Part shown: positions 1-11,073 of the stretch, in pieces | Numbering within the stretch: the first letter of the stretch is position 1 | Layout of the letters: each line of letters starts with the position of its first letter | Assembly: GCA_963785305.1 (NCBI GenBank) | Contig: CAWAUV010000007.1 | Span: 1,856,001-1,920,000 of the forward strand | Direction: 5' to 3' | From: an uncultured Planctomycetaceae bacterium | Lineage (GTDB): Bacteria > Planctomycetota > Planctomycetia > Pirellulales > PALSA-1355 | DNA: 64,000 nucleotides | Made by a program: the position numbers and the translations under genes | Notes under the pieces: generated by a model | Database searches by the model: none | What the model was told of the DNA's origin: nothing | Seen by the model: only the letters and a program-made list of their open reading frames with translations

Positions 1-512
1 GGCGCGGAGGCGCGCCAAGCGGTCGTCCAAGTGGCGCTCGAGGTCGGCGAGCAGCCGGGCGTCGGTCCGCGCCGATTCCGATTCCGCGGCGTCGCGCTGG
101 GTGAATTCGCGGAGCGTCGCGCGGAGGACTTTCGCGTCGCGCGGCAACGTCAACGGCCGGGCGGCGTCGCGCAGCGCGTGATTTTCGCGACGGTAGCGAG
201 CCTTGCCCAGCGATGATCGCAAGAGCCGCAGCCCGGCGCGAGCCTGCCTGAGTTGCCGCCGGGCATCATGAACGGCGCTATCCTGTCGCCGCCGGGTCGC
301 CCCCGGCTCGCCCGGCCGGCTTTCGTTATTTTCCTCGGCGCCGCCCGGTTCGATGGCGACGTCGATCGAGGCGATCGCCTTACTCGCGCACCGCGCGACA
401 ATCCCGCGAAGCCGCCCACGAACGGAGGATTTGCGGCGCAACTGCCGAGTCACGATATCAAGCTCCGCGAAACGTCGAAGGTCATTCGGTCCGGCAGCGG
501 CGGGGCGCTCGG

Positions 513-2122
513 CTAGGGCGAGCGACCCACGGTCGGACGCGCTGGCCGAATCAAGAGGCCCACGATCAAGATGAGGATCGCCGCTCCGGCCGGCCAAGGC
601 GCGAGCCGCAAGAGCGATTCCCGATAATTGGCCGAATTTGCCGAGTCCTTCGCTTCCCCAGCGTTTTCATCGGCTCGCTGGGCGCCATTGGCGTCGCCGC
701 GTTTCAGGGCTTCGGCGCCTGGGTTGCTCGGCGGCGCTGGAGCATCGTCGGCGATTTCACGCGGCGCTCGCGGCTCGTCGTTGGCCGAGGCCACTTGGGC
801 CGTCGCCGGCTTGGCCGCTTTGCCCACGGTGTAGGGACCGACAAAGCCGCCGAGGTTGCCGAGCATGTTGATTAGGCCGATGGCCGAGGCGGCCGTGGCG
901 GCGCCGAGAAACACGGTGGGAATCGGCCAGAAGGTCGGCATATGGGCAAACATGCACGGCCCCACCACGCCGATCATGATCACGACCGGCACGATCGGCA
1001 CGCCATCGAACAGCGCGGCGAGCAGCACTCCCGCCGACACGATCAGCAGCGGCGTCGCCGTGTGCCACACTCGCTCGTTCTTGCGATCGGAATGCCAGCC
1101 ATTGAAGTACATGCCGGCCACGGCCATGAAATACGGCAGCGAGGCGAGCATCGTGGCGCCCTTGATGGACCAGCCCGTCAACTGCGATTTGATGATCGCG
1201 GGCATGAACAACACGAGCCCATACACGCCGACGTTCAAGCAAAAATAAACGACCGTAAGCAGCAGCACCTTCAGCAAGCTGAGCAGCCCCGACTTGCCAT
1301 GCGCCGCTTGCTTTTCGATTCGCTCGCGTTCGAGCTCGCCGAGAAGCCAGTCGCGTTCGTCCTCCGGCAGCCAGCGCACCGCCTCGGGCCGGTCGGGCAA
1401 GCACCACAAAACGACAAACCCCGCGATGACCGGCAGCAAGCCTTCGATAATAAAAATCCAGCGCCAGCCGGCCAGTCCCAGCCAATCGAGCCCCAACAGC
1501 AACCCCGAAGCCGGCAAGCCAAGCGCGATCGAGAGCGGGCTGGCGGCCGTAAAGCCGGCGACCGCTTTGGCCCGGTCGGCCGAGCGATACCAATACGTGA
1601 GATACACGATCACGCAGGGAAAGAATCCGCCCTCGAAAAAGCCGAGCATGAAGCGGAAGAAATAGAACTGGTTCTCGGCGCTGGTGGGCAGATCGTTGAA
1701 ATATTTCGCCGCTCGATAAAACAACGAACCCTCGCCCAGCGAGTCGACCCCGAGCGTGGGCAGCCATCCGAACGCGCGAGTCGCGATCGGCAACCCGATC
1801 AATCCGATCAGCGTGGCGCAAAGCCCCCACAGCACAAGTATGCGGCAAAACACCCAGCGAGCGCCGAGCCGCGCACACTGAGCGCGCTGGGGATTTCGAG
1901 AATCCAGTAGCCGAGAAAGAACAGCCCGCCGCCAAAGCCGATAATCTCGGGCGTGAATCCGAGCCCGGCGGCCGAGGTGGGCAATTCCATTTTCAACTCG
2001 GCCGCCGAAACGTTGGCCCGATCCAAGTAGGCCAAGATATACAAAATAAACAGCACCGGCATCAGCCGCGCGGTGACGCGGCGCCGCGGCGCTCGGCCAC
2101 GTTCTCGGCCGGCTTTCGCCAC
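513..2122 (-). CDS. MFS transporter (ACS/tartrate-type), frameshifted near 1850
   Basis: ORF 1808..2122 (LAYLDRANV, GGGLFFLGYWILEIPS) continues into ORF 513..1853 (RFMLGFFEGGFFP, GWRWIFIIEG, GNLGGFVGP). Confidence 0.85.
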
Positions 2123-2201
2123 ACGAGCGCCATGAGTCGGTCGCCCAGCGGATCGGTCGAGGCCGGCGGCGCCGACACGCTAACTACAGGATCGGCGCCG
2201 C

Positions 2202-2780
2202 TCATTGGTGCGATATCTCCACGCCGAAATTAAGCTTGAGCTGCGGATCCTTCTCGGCCTCGGGATTCAGTTCCTTGAACAGCAGGCTCGGCTGAATATC
2301 GTGATTGTGCTGATACTTGTTGCTGGCGTATTCCGTGACCAAGCCCGCGATCTGGTGGTAAAAAATCTGGCAAATCTGCACTCCCGGATACACCCGCACC
2401 GGTTGAACGGCGAACATTTCGAGCGTCCAGTAGCCGCAAAAGCCGACATCGCCGAAGCCGGCCGTGACATGCACGAACAAGCCGAGCCGCCCGATCGACG
2501 AGCGGCCTTCGATCATCGGCACCAGACCGTGGGTCTCGGTGCGTTCGACGGTGCGGCCCAGATACAGTTGGCTGGGCGAAAGCACGATGCCCTCGGGCGG
2601 CACATGCACCCGCCGCACGCGATTGGGCCGGCTCATGTCGAGCACGAGCTCCTCGTAGATCATCAGCTCGTCGTGCAGCGTCAGATTGTAGCTATTCGGA
2701 TTGAGCTGCTCCTCGTGGAACGGCTCGATCACGATCTCCTTGCCCAAGTGCTCGCGAATTTGATTGCCGGAAAGGATCAT
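2202..2780 (-). CDS. dcd: dCTP deaminase
   Basis: MILSG, QLNPNSYNL, EGRSSIGRLGL, AGFGDVGF motifs. Confidence 0.95.
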   Translation of the reverse strand: MILSGNQIREHLGKEIVIEPFHEEQLNPNSYNLTLHDELMIYEELVLDMSRPNRVRRVHVPPEGIVLSPSQLYLGRTVERTETHGLVPMIEGRSSIGRLGLFVHVTAGFGDVGFCGYWTLEMFAVQPVRVYPGVQICQIFYHQIAGLVTEYASNKYQHNHDIQPSLLFKELNPEAEKDPQLKLNFGVEISHQ

Positions 2781-2892
2781 GCCTGCTGGCTTCTGGTTCG
2801 TGAAAGTGTGCGAAGGGCATCCCTGCCAACAGCCGACGCAATATGAAGACTTTTTCCGACCATTCCAATCCCGCCGAGTCGCCGATGCGCGA

Positions 2893-3657
2893 TTACGATA
2901 AAGACTTCACCCCAATTCGCGGACAAAGTTTTTCGAGCGGGCAACCGTCGCAACGCGGACGCCGGGCGATGCAAACCTTGCGTCCATGGTGAATCATACG
3001 GTGGCTGAAATCAATCCACTGGGGCTTGGGCAAAATCGCCATCAGATCGCGTTCGATTTTCACGGCGTCTTTATGCCGCGTGAGACCCAGCCGCTGGCTG
3101 AGTCGGGCCACATGCGTATCGACCACCACGCCGCTCGCCTTGCCAAACGCCACCCCCAGCACCACGCTCGCCGTTTTGCGGCCCACGCCCGGCAGCGCGA
3201 CCAGGTCCTCGAAATCCGCGGGCACATGACCGCCGTGGTCATCGACCAATTTTTGGCAGCAGGCCAGGATGTTCTTGGCCTTATTGCGAAAAAAGCCGGT
3301 GCTCTGAATCGCTTTTTCAATCGCTCCGCGCGGCGCCGAGGCGAAATCGGCCGCATGGCGATAGTGGGTGAACAGATTTTTGGTCACGATATTGACCCGG
3401 GCATCGGTACACTGGGCCGAAAGAATCGTGGCCACCAGCAACTCGAGCGGCGAGGAATGCACGAGCGCGCATTCCGCCCGGGGATAGGCTTTGGCCAGCG
3501 CAGGCTCACGGCGCGGGCATGACGTTTGGCGTCGGCAATCGCAACCATTGCGAGCCTGGGCTTGGAGGAAAAGCGAAGAGCCAGCGCGACCGCGCCGCGC
3601 AAGCGACGACCCGCGGAGCGAAGGCCCATTGTCCGTGACGACGCCAACCCGTGTCAA
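2893..3657 (-). CDS. nth: Endonuclease III (true start uncertain, 5' end probably frameshifted)
   Basis: LLVATILSAQCTD, HhH LPGVGRKTA, VDTHV, C-X6-C-X2-C-X5-C Fe-S motif. Confidence 0.93.
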   Translation of the reverse strand: MTRVGVVTDNGPSLRGSSLARRGRAGSSLFLQAQARNGCDCRRQTSCPRREPALAKAYPRAECALVHSSPLELLVATILSAQCTDARVNIVTKNLFTHYRHAADFASAPRGAIEKAIQSTGFFRNKAKNILACCQKLVDDHGGHVPADFEDLVALPGVGRKTASVVLGVAFGKASGVVVDTHVARLSQRLGLTRHKDAVKIERDLMAILPKPQWIDFSHRMIHHGRKVCIARRPRCDGCPLEKLCPRIGVKSLS

Positions 3658-3697
3658 GCGCCGAGCGCATGAGCAATTCGCCGGCCGGTTGGCCCGC

Positions 3698-4760
3698 TTA
3701 GATTTTCATCTTCGCCGCGTCGTTGATGGCGCCGATGTACATGCCGGCGATGCGAAAGATCAGCATGATGATCACGCCGGCCACCATCGCCCACACCAGC
3801 CCGCCGGCCGCCATCGTGAGCATGCGCGTCGCCCGGCGGGCATCGTCTTGGTATTGCTCCGAGAGCACGCCCAGGGTTTCGGGCAACTGGCCGCTTTGCT
3901 CGCCCACGGCCACGGCGTTGAGAAAGTCGCCGCGAAATACTTCGGCGCTGGTGAGCGTCTCCGCGATCGATTGCCCGCGGCGAATGCGAGTGAGCACTTC
4001 CGGCAGCCGCTCGGTGTAGTGGGCATTGCGCGTCGAGGAAAAAGCCAGCTCCAGTGCCCGCTTGACCGGCATTTCGGTGTCGAGCGTCATGCGCAGGCTC
4101 CAGCAGAAATGGGCAAGCGCCAGGCTCTCGAGCGCGCCGCCGATCTTGGGAATCCGCATCGCCAGCCGCTGGGCCCGCGCGCCACCACGCGCCGCGCGTG
4201 ACTTGCAAATAGACGAAATAGCCCGTGACCGCTCCCGCCGCGAGCAGCCAGCAGTAAATCGTCAGACCGCGCGAGCCCACGAGCCCGAAGCCGAGAATAT
4301 CGACCGGCGCTCCGTTGGCTTGCTTGGGCAAAATCTCGCCGATCCAAATGAGCAGGCCCACGATCGATAGGGCCATGACGAACTGGATGATCGGCCACGC
4401 GATCGCGCCGCGAAATGCCCGCCGCAACGAAAGCTGATGTTCATAGTGCTGGGCCAACTCATCGAACACTTCGGCGAGAAATCCGGTCTGCTCGCCCACC
4501 TGCGAGAGCTCGCGGAACAAGAGCGGAAAGTAGGCGCCGGTTTTGCCGAGCGCTTCGGAGAAAGACTCGCCGCGCTGGACGCTGTCGTTGATCATCTCCA
4601 TTGGCGCCCGCGCGGTTCCGCGGGCATTTCGCGCTTCGCGGGCCCAATTGCCGCGGGCATCGACCCCGGCCCGAAGCGAAGTGCTCGAACGGCGGCAGAG
4701 GTCCATCAGGGCCTGCGTGCCGATGCGGGGCGTAAACAGCGACGTGACGGATTCGAGCAC
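3698..4760 (-). CDS. Type II secretion/pilus assembly GspF/PilC family protein, frameshifted near 4170
   Basis: Two T2SSF repeats (VGEQTGFLAEV; VGEQSGQLPETL) split over ORFs 3654..4760 and 3698..4159. Confidence 0.85.
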
Positions 4761-5117
4761 TGCCGAACCTCGGAGATTGCGGAGCGATGCGCTGCGACCA
4801 GAAAAACCGCGGGCTCGATCCGAGCCCAGCGTCCCGGGAGTCCAGTGCCCCGGCCCGACAAAACCGGTCCAAGCCAGATTCGCCCAAATCCGAACGAACC
4901 CAGACTGAGCGAAGAGATAAGCGATACCTTGTAGTATACGACCCCGCGGCGCCCGTGGTCCACCGGCCGAAGCCGACAGTCGTGTCGCGCGTGCTCGCTT
5001 TTGTTTTCATTGCGGCGCCTGGGCGGGCGCGGCGGCGGTTTGTTACAATCGGCGCGGTTTTTGGTCAGCGACCGTTCCTGCCGCCGTTCGACGTTTTCCT
5101 CATTCGCGAAACCCCCC

Positions 5118-5984
5118 ATGAGCAAGCCCAGTCATGTCGCCTCAGGCACGCTCGCCGTGGTCGGGCCGGGCTTGATTGGCGCTTCCATTGGGCTCGCGGC
5201 GCTCGAGCGAGGCGTCGTTCGGCAGGTGGTGGGCATTGGCCGCGGCCAGGCCGGTTTGCAGGAAGCGCTCGAGCGGGGGGCGATCTCGCGCGGCGTGCTC
5301 GACTTGGCCGCGGGCGTCGCCCAGGCCGACTTGGTGATCGTCTGCACTCCGGTCGACGCCATTCCCGCGGCCGTGGTCCAGGCACTCCGGGCCTGCCGGC
5401 CGGGCGCCGTGGTCTCCGACGCCGGGAGCGTGAAAGTCGACATCGTGCGCCGCGTGGCCCAGGACCGCGGGGCGGACTTCCGGGCAAGCTTCGTCGGCGC
5501 TCATCCGGTGGCCGGCAGCGACCGGCAAGGCGCCAAACATGCTCGGGCCAACCTGTTCGTCGACCGCGCCGTGGTCATCACGCCCGACGAGCATTCGCCG
5601 CCGGTGGCCGTCGCGAAGCTCAGCGAGTTTTGGCGGTCCTTGGGCGCCCGAGTCGTGGAAATGTCGCCCGACGAACACGACGCCGCCCTGGCCGTGACGA
5701 GTCATCTGCCGCATCTGGTGGCCGCGGCCATTGCGGGCTCGACGCCCGAGCGTTACGTTACGCTCACGGCCGGCGGCTGGCACGACACGACGCGCGTCGC
5801 GCGGGGCGATCCGGCGCTGTGGCGGCAGATTTTGCTGGCCAACCGGGAACATGTGCTCGCGGCCCTCGGGCCCTTCAATGCATGGCTCGCCGAACTAAGC
5901 GCGGCCGTTGAGAGCCAAGACACGGCGGCGCTCGAGCGTCTGCTCGCGGAAAGCAAACGGATTCGCGATGTTGTGGCAAGTTGA
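5118..5984 (+). CDS. tyrA: Prephenate/arogenate dehydrogenase
   Basis: GPGLIGAS Rossmann motif, DAGSVK, HPVAGS, EHD...SHLPH, DTTRVA. Confidence 0.9.
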   Translation: MSKPSHVASGTLAVVGPGLIGASIGLAALERGVVRQVVGIGRGQAGLQEALERGAISRGVLDLAAGVAQADLVIVCTPVDAIPAAVVQALRACRPGAVVSDAGSVKVDIVRRVAQDRGADFRASFVGAHPVAGSDRQGAKHARANLFVDRAVVITPDEHSPPVAVAKLSEFWRSLGARVVEMSPDEHDAALAVTSHLPHLVAAAIAGSTPERYVTLTAGGWHDTTRVARGDPALWRQILLANREHVLAALGPFNAWLAELSAAVESQDTAALERLLAESKRIRDVVAS

Positions 5985-8971
5985 CATTTATTCGCTTCCC
6001 GAGCAGCCCGACTTGGCGGCCACGCATGTCGCCGCCGCGGCGCGTGATCTTGGGCTGGCGTCCGGCGATGAGCTCGCCGTGGTCGCGATGCGCGGCTATT
6101 TGATCGAAGGTGATTTAACGGCCGATCAAGTCTCGCGGATCGCCCGCGAACTGCTGGTCGATTCCGTGGTCGAAGGCTGGCGGATCTCGCCGGCTGGCGA
6201 CGCGGCTCTGGCCGAGCCGCCCGCGATCAAGGCGGCCGCGGCGCCAAGCTTGTCGTCATCTTCGTCAGCGAGCCCGTCGCGGCTCGTGCATGTGCTGGCC
6301 AAGAGCGGGGTGATGGACCCGGTGGCCGAGAGCGCCAAGAGCGCGATCGCCGACATGGGCCTGCCGATGGCGGCGGTGCGCACCTTTCGCAAATATTGGT
6401 TCGGCGGTGTCTCGGAGGCAACGCTCGCGGCCCTGTGCGGCAAGCTGCTCGCCAACGACGCGATCGAGCGCATGGCGCGTGGCCCGCTGGAAATCACTTC
6501 GCTCGATGTCGGCGCGCCGTATGCATTTCGCCGCGTGGAACTGCCGCTCGCCGAGCTCGACGAGGCCGGGCTCCTACGGCTGAGTGTCTCGGGCCAGTTG
6601 CATCTTACGCTGGCCGAGATGCGGGCCGTGCAGGCTTACTATCGCGAGCTAGGGCGCGAGCCGACCGACATCGAGCTGGAAACCATCGCCCAAACGTGGA
6701 GCGAACATTGCAGCCACAAAACACTCGCCGGACGCATCGCCTATCGCGATCCCCAGGGCGAGCGTCAGTTCGACAATATGCTCAAGCAAACGATCTTCGC
6801 CGCCACGGTCGAAATCCGCCGCCAGCTCGGGGCCGACGACTGGTGCGTGAGCGTGTTCAAGGACAATGCCGGCGTGGTGCGGTTCGACGATCGCCACAAC
6901 CTCACATTCAAAGTCGAAACTCATAACCATCCCTCGGCTCTGGAGCCCTATGGCGGGGCCAACACCGGCCTGGGCGGTGTGATCCGCGACACGCTCGGCG
7001 TGGGCCGCGGCGCCAAGCCGATCTGCAATACCGATGTTTTTTGCTTCGCCCCGCCCGATGCGCCGGCCGACGCCCTGCCGGCGGGAGTGTTGCATCCGCG
7101 CCGCGTGATGCGGGGCGTCGTGTCGGGAGTGCGCGACTATGGGAATCGCATGGGCATTCCCACCGTGAACGGCGCCGTGTTCTTCGATCCGCGCTATCTC
7201 GGCAATCCGCTCGTGTACTGCGGCAGCGTCGGTATCTTGCCCGACGAGTATTCGTTCAAGCAGCCCCAGCCCGGCGATCACATCGTGGCTCTTGGCGGAC
7301 GAACCGGCCGCGATGGCATCCACGGCGCCACTTTCAGCTCCGTGGAGCTGACCACCGAAAGCGAAAGCCTCTCGGGCGGGGCGGTGCAGATCGGCAACGC
7401 CATCACCGAAAAAATGGTGCTCGATGTGCTCCTCGCTGCCCGCGATCGACGGCTTTTCAACGCCGTGACCGATTGCGGCGCCGGCGGTTTCTCCAGCGCC
7501 GTGGGCGAAATGGGCGAAGAGATAGGGGCCGTGGTTTGGCTCGAGCGGGCGCCACTCAAATACGAAGGGCTCACCTACACCGAAATCTGGATCTCGGAGG
7601 CCCAAGAACGCATGGTCCTCTCGGTGTCGCCGGAACATTGGAACGAGCTCGAAGCGCTCTGCCGCTCCGAGGGCGTCGAGGCCACGATCATCGGCAGCTT
7701 CGAGCCGACCGGCCGGCTCAAGCTCTTGTATCACGGCCAGCAGGTGGCCGACCTCTCGATGGAGTTTCTGCACGATGGCCGCCCGCCCGTGGTGCGCGAA
7801 GCTAGTTACGAGCCCCCGACGCTCCGACCGCTGGGACCCGCCGATCGACCGCATGCGAATTTTTCGGGCTCCTTCGATGCGACACACACCTTAAAATCCA
7901 TACTCGGCTCGCTCAATGTGGCCAGCAAGGAATGGATCATCCGCCAATACGACCATGAAGTGCAGGGCGCGAGCGTGCTCAAGCCGCTGGTGGGAGTGGC
8001 CAACGATGGGCCCGGCGACGCCGCCGTGTTGCGGCCGCTGACCGATTCGCCTCGCGGCGTCGTCGTGGGCTGCGGCATGAACCCCCGGCTCGGCGATTTC
8101 GACACGGCCCGCATGGCCGAAAGCGCCATCGACGAAGCAGTGCGAAACTGCGTGTCCGTGGGCGCCGATCCGGCGCGAATCTGTTTGCTCGACAATTTTT
8201 GCTGGGGCAATTGCGAGCGGCCCGAAACCCTCGGCTCGCTGGTTCGCGCCGCGATCGCCTGCCACGACGCCGCCGTGGCGCTCGGCATGCCATTTGTCTC
8301 GGGCAAAGACAGCCTGAACAACGAATTTCGCCATGTGGTTCCCGGCGGCGCATCGCGCGTGATCGCGATTCCGCCGTCGCTGCTCATCAGCGCCATGGGA
8401 CAAATGGCCGATGTCTCGAAGGCCGTGAGCATGGATATCAAAGAGCCTGGCAATTTGATTGTCATCGTCGGGCTGACTCGCGACGAACTGGGCGGCTCGC
8501 ACTATGGCGCTGGTCGATCAGCTCGAGGGGGGCGCGCCGCCGAGCTTCGACGCGCCCATGGCTAAAGCCACATTTGCCGCCGTGCATCGCGCCATTTCCG
8601 CCGGCGCGGTCCGCGCATGCCACGACTTGAGCGAGGGCGGCCTGGCGGTGGCCATCGCCGAAATGGCGTTTGCCGGCGGCCGAGGCGCCACGATCCAGCT
8701 CGACGCGTTGCCCAAGCCGATGGACAACCCGACGCTCGAGCCCCACATGCTCCTGTTTTCGGAATCGAATACTCGATTCTTGTGCGAAGTGGCGCCGGAT
8801 CGCTGGGATGCGTTCGGCGCTGCGATGGCCGGCGTGCCGCACGCGCGAATCGGCGTGGTGACCTCGGGCAACCTACGGATACTTGCGTCGGACGCGGCCG
8901 ACGTCGCTCCGCTTGTCGACGCCGATCCGCGCGAACTGAAAGCCGTCTGGCAAGCGCCGCTGGCTTGGTAG
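5968..8971 (+). CDS. purL: Phosphoribosylformylglycinamidine synthase PurL with PurS-like N-terminal region, frameshifted near 8510
   Basis: [41 protein letters not shown]-terminus ([13 protein letters not shown]) in ORF 8504..8971. Confidence 0.95.
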
Positions 8972-9053
8972 CGAACTTGGATTCATTTCCAGAACGATTC
9001 AGGACCATTTAGCACGCGACCTTTAGCAACCGTCTTTCCGGCAGCTTTCAACT

Positions 9054-9866
9054 ATGGCCCAGCCACGAGTCTTAATCCTGCGAGCGCCCGGCACGAACTG
9101 CGACCTGGAAACGTCGCATGCCTTCGAGCGGGCCGGCGGTCGCTGCGAGCGGCGCCATGTCAACGAGCTGCTTGCCTCGCCCGGCGCCTTGGCCGACTTT
9201 CAAATTCTCTGCCTCCCCGGCGGGTTCAGCTACGGCGACGACTTGGCCGCCGGCCGCATCCTCGGCAGCCAGCTCAAGCGGCGCTTGGCCGACGCCATGC
9301 GACGGTTCAAAGACTCCGGCAAATTGATTCTCGGCATCTGCAACGGGTTTCAGATTCTGCTCAAAAGCGGCCTGCTCGTGGCCGATGAGCCCGACTCGGG
9401 GCCGCCGGTGTCGCTCGCCTGGAACGAAAGCGGGCGATTCGAGGCGCGCTGGGTTTCGCTCCGCGTCGGCGGCTCGCGGGCCGTGTTCTTCGCCGGGCTC
9501 GACCGGCTCTATCTGCCGATCGCCCATGCCGAAGGTCGCATCGTGGCCCGTGACCCGGCGTATCTCAAAATGCTTGCCGCCGGCGGACAGATCGCCGCCC
9601 GCTATGCGGCGCCCGAAGCGCCCGGCGGCGACGACCAAGGCGCGAGCGAGGAGAGCGGCAAGTTACCGTTTCCAATCAATCCGAACGGCGCGGCGGATAA
9701 TATCGCCGGGCTCTGCGACGCCACGGGGCGAGTGTGCGGTCTGATGCCGCATCCGGAGCGGCACATCGAGGCCACGCAACATCCGCGGTGGACTCGCCGC
9801 CGCATGCAACCGCCCGCGGGCGAAGGGCTCGCCGTGTTCGAGAATGCCGTGCGGTATTTTTCGTAG
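9054..9866 (+). CDS. purQ: FGAM synthase glutaminase subunit
   Basis: APGTNCD, PGGFSYGD, GICNGFQ, AHAEG, MPHPER. Confidence 0.95.
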   Translation: MAQPRVLILRAPGTNCDLETSHAFERAGGRCERRHVNELLASPGALADFQILCLPGGFSYGDDLAAGRILGSQLKRRLADAMRRFKDSGKLILGICNGFQILLKSGLLVADEPDSGPPVSLAWNESGRFEARWVSLRVGGSRAVFFAGLDRLYLPIAHAEGRIVARDPAYLKMLAAGGQIAARYAAPEAPGGDDQGASEESGKLPFPINPNGAADNIAGLCDATGRVCGLMPHPERHIEATQHPRWTRRRMQPPAGEGLAVFENAVRYFS

Positions 9867-10270
9867 CGCCGGCTTATCTTTATCGCGCTCCGCCAAGGGA
9901 GTCGCGTCGAAACGCGATCGTGGCTTTTCCACGGTGAATGAGCCCCCTCAAAGTCATGCCGGACCGGGAGTTGCGCCCGCTCCCCGCCAGTGGTTGATCG
10001 GGGGCCGTGTCGCTAAACCCATTGTCGCAATGCCTTAAGGCGTATTATCCCGGCCGAGCTCCCGTGGTGATCGTGTGATCTGGCCCCCGGGACATTCCAG
10101 CGACCCGGCCGGCTCGGGTTGTCGCAACGATTGCTAGCAAGCGTGGTTGTGGCGTGCCGGGCGCCGGCCCATCATTCGTTCCGCAGAGAAATGGCGCCAT
10201 ATTTGACGCTCGTGTCTTCTCTCTTATATCTTAGAAGCTGCTTTCATGGACTCTCGTAGGAGGGGCGATC

Positions 10271-10648
10271 GTGGACTCCCCGCTTCCCAAACTGGCGACG
10301 CTCGACGCCCGCCGCGTGGCGCTCGGAATGACGATCGATGTGCTTGCCCGGCGGTCGGGCGTCTCGCCATCGACCGTCGAGCGCGTGCTCTCGGGCCGCC
10401 ACGACACAACCAGTTTCAGAGCCATCGAGCGCATTGCCGCCGCGCTCGGCGCCGCATTTCGCCTGGAACCGATCGCCGACCTCTCCGCAATGCGCTGGGC
10501 CCAAGCCCAATTCAAAATGGAGCAAGCCCTGGGGCCGGCGAAAGAAGATTTTGCATCCGAGTCGGAGCGAGTGCGCGCCGCCGCCGAGCGCGAACGCCTC
10601 GTCCACAAATTCCTGGCCGGCTCGAACCGCAAGCTCTGGACGGGTTGA
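10271..10648 (+). CDS. XRE-family HTH protein (mobile mystery protein A-like)
   Basis: RRVALGMTIDVLARRSGVSPSTVERV HTH; C-terminal ...LAGSNRKLW. Confidence 0.7.
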   Translation: MDSPLPKLATLDARRVALGMTIDVLARRSGVSPSTVERVLSGRHDTTSFRAIERIAAALGAAFRLEPIADLSAMRWAQAQFKMEQALGPAKEDFASESERVRAAAERERLVHKFLAGSNRKLWTG

Positions 10649-11073
10649 ACAATCCACCCCGTCGCTTCATCCCCCAAACCACGCGATCCCCCGACCCGGC
10701 AAGAGGAATCGCAGCCCGAACCCCGATTTCTCCAGGTTTGGCTATGGAAAAACGATTGAAATTTGGCGAAATGTCGAAACAATGGAGTGGCGGCCTCACA
10801 GCTCCCCGCGGCGCGGCTGGCCAGCGCTCCCGCGACATAACGCCAGCACTGCCAGCATGATCCGTGTTGCGTCAATCGGCCCGAATCCGCATAATCGCCC
10901 CGCGTTTCCAGAGCAGCGTTCCTCAAGCCGCCGCGAGCTTTACCTGCCCAACTGGCGGCGACCGCAAGCGTGAACTTCGTAGTTCGCACGGATCGACTCC
11001 CTCCAGGCCCGACCGCATTGCCGTCGAAACTCCGACGGCGCCGACGCGACTTTGTGTCGGGCTCGAGTGATGG

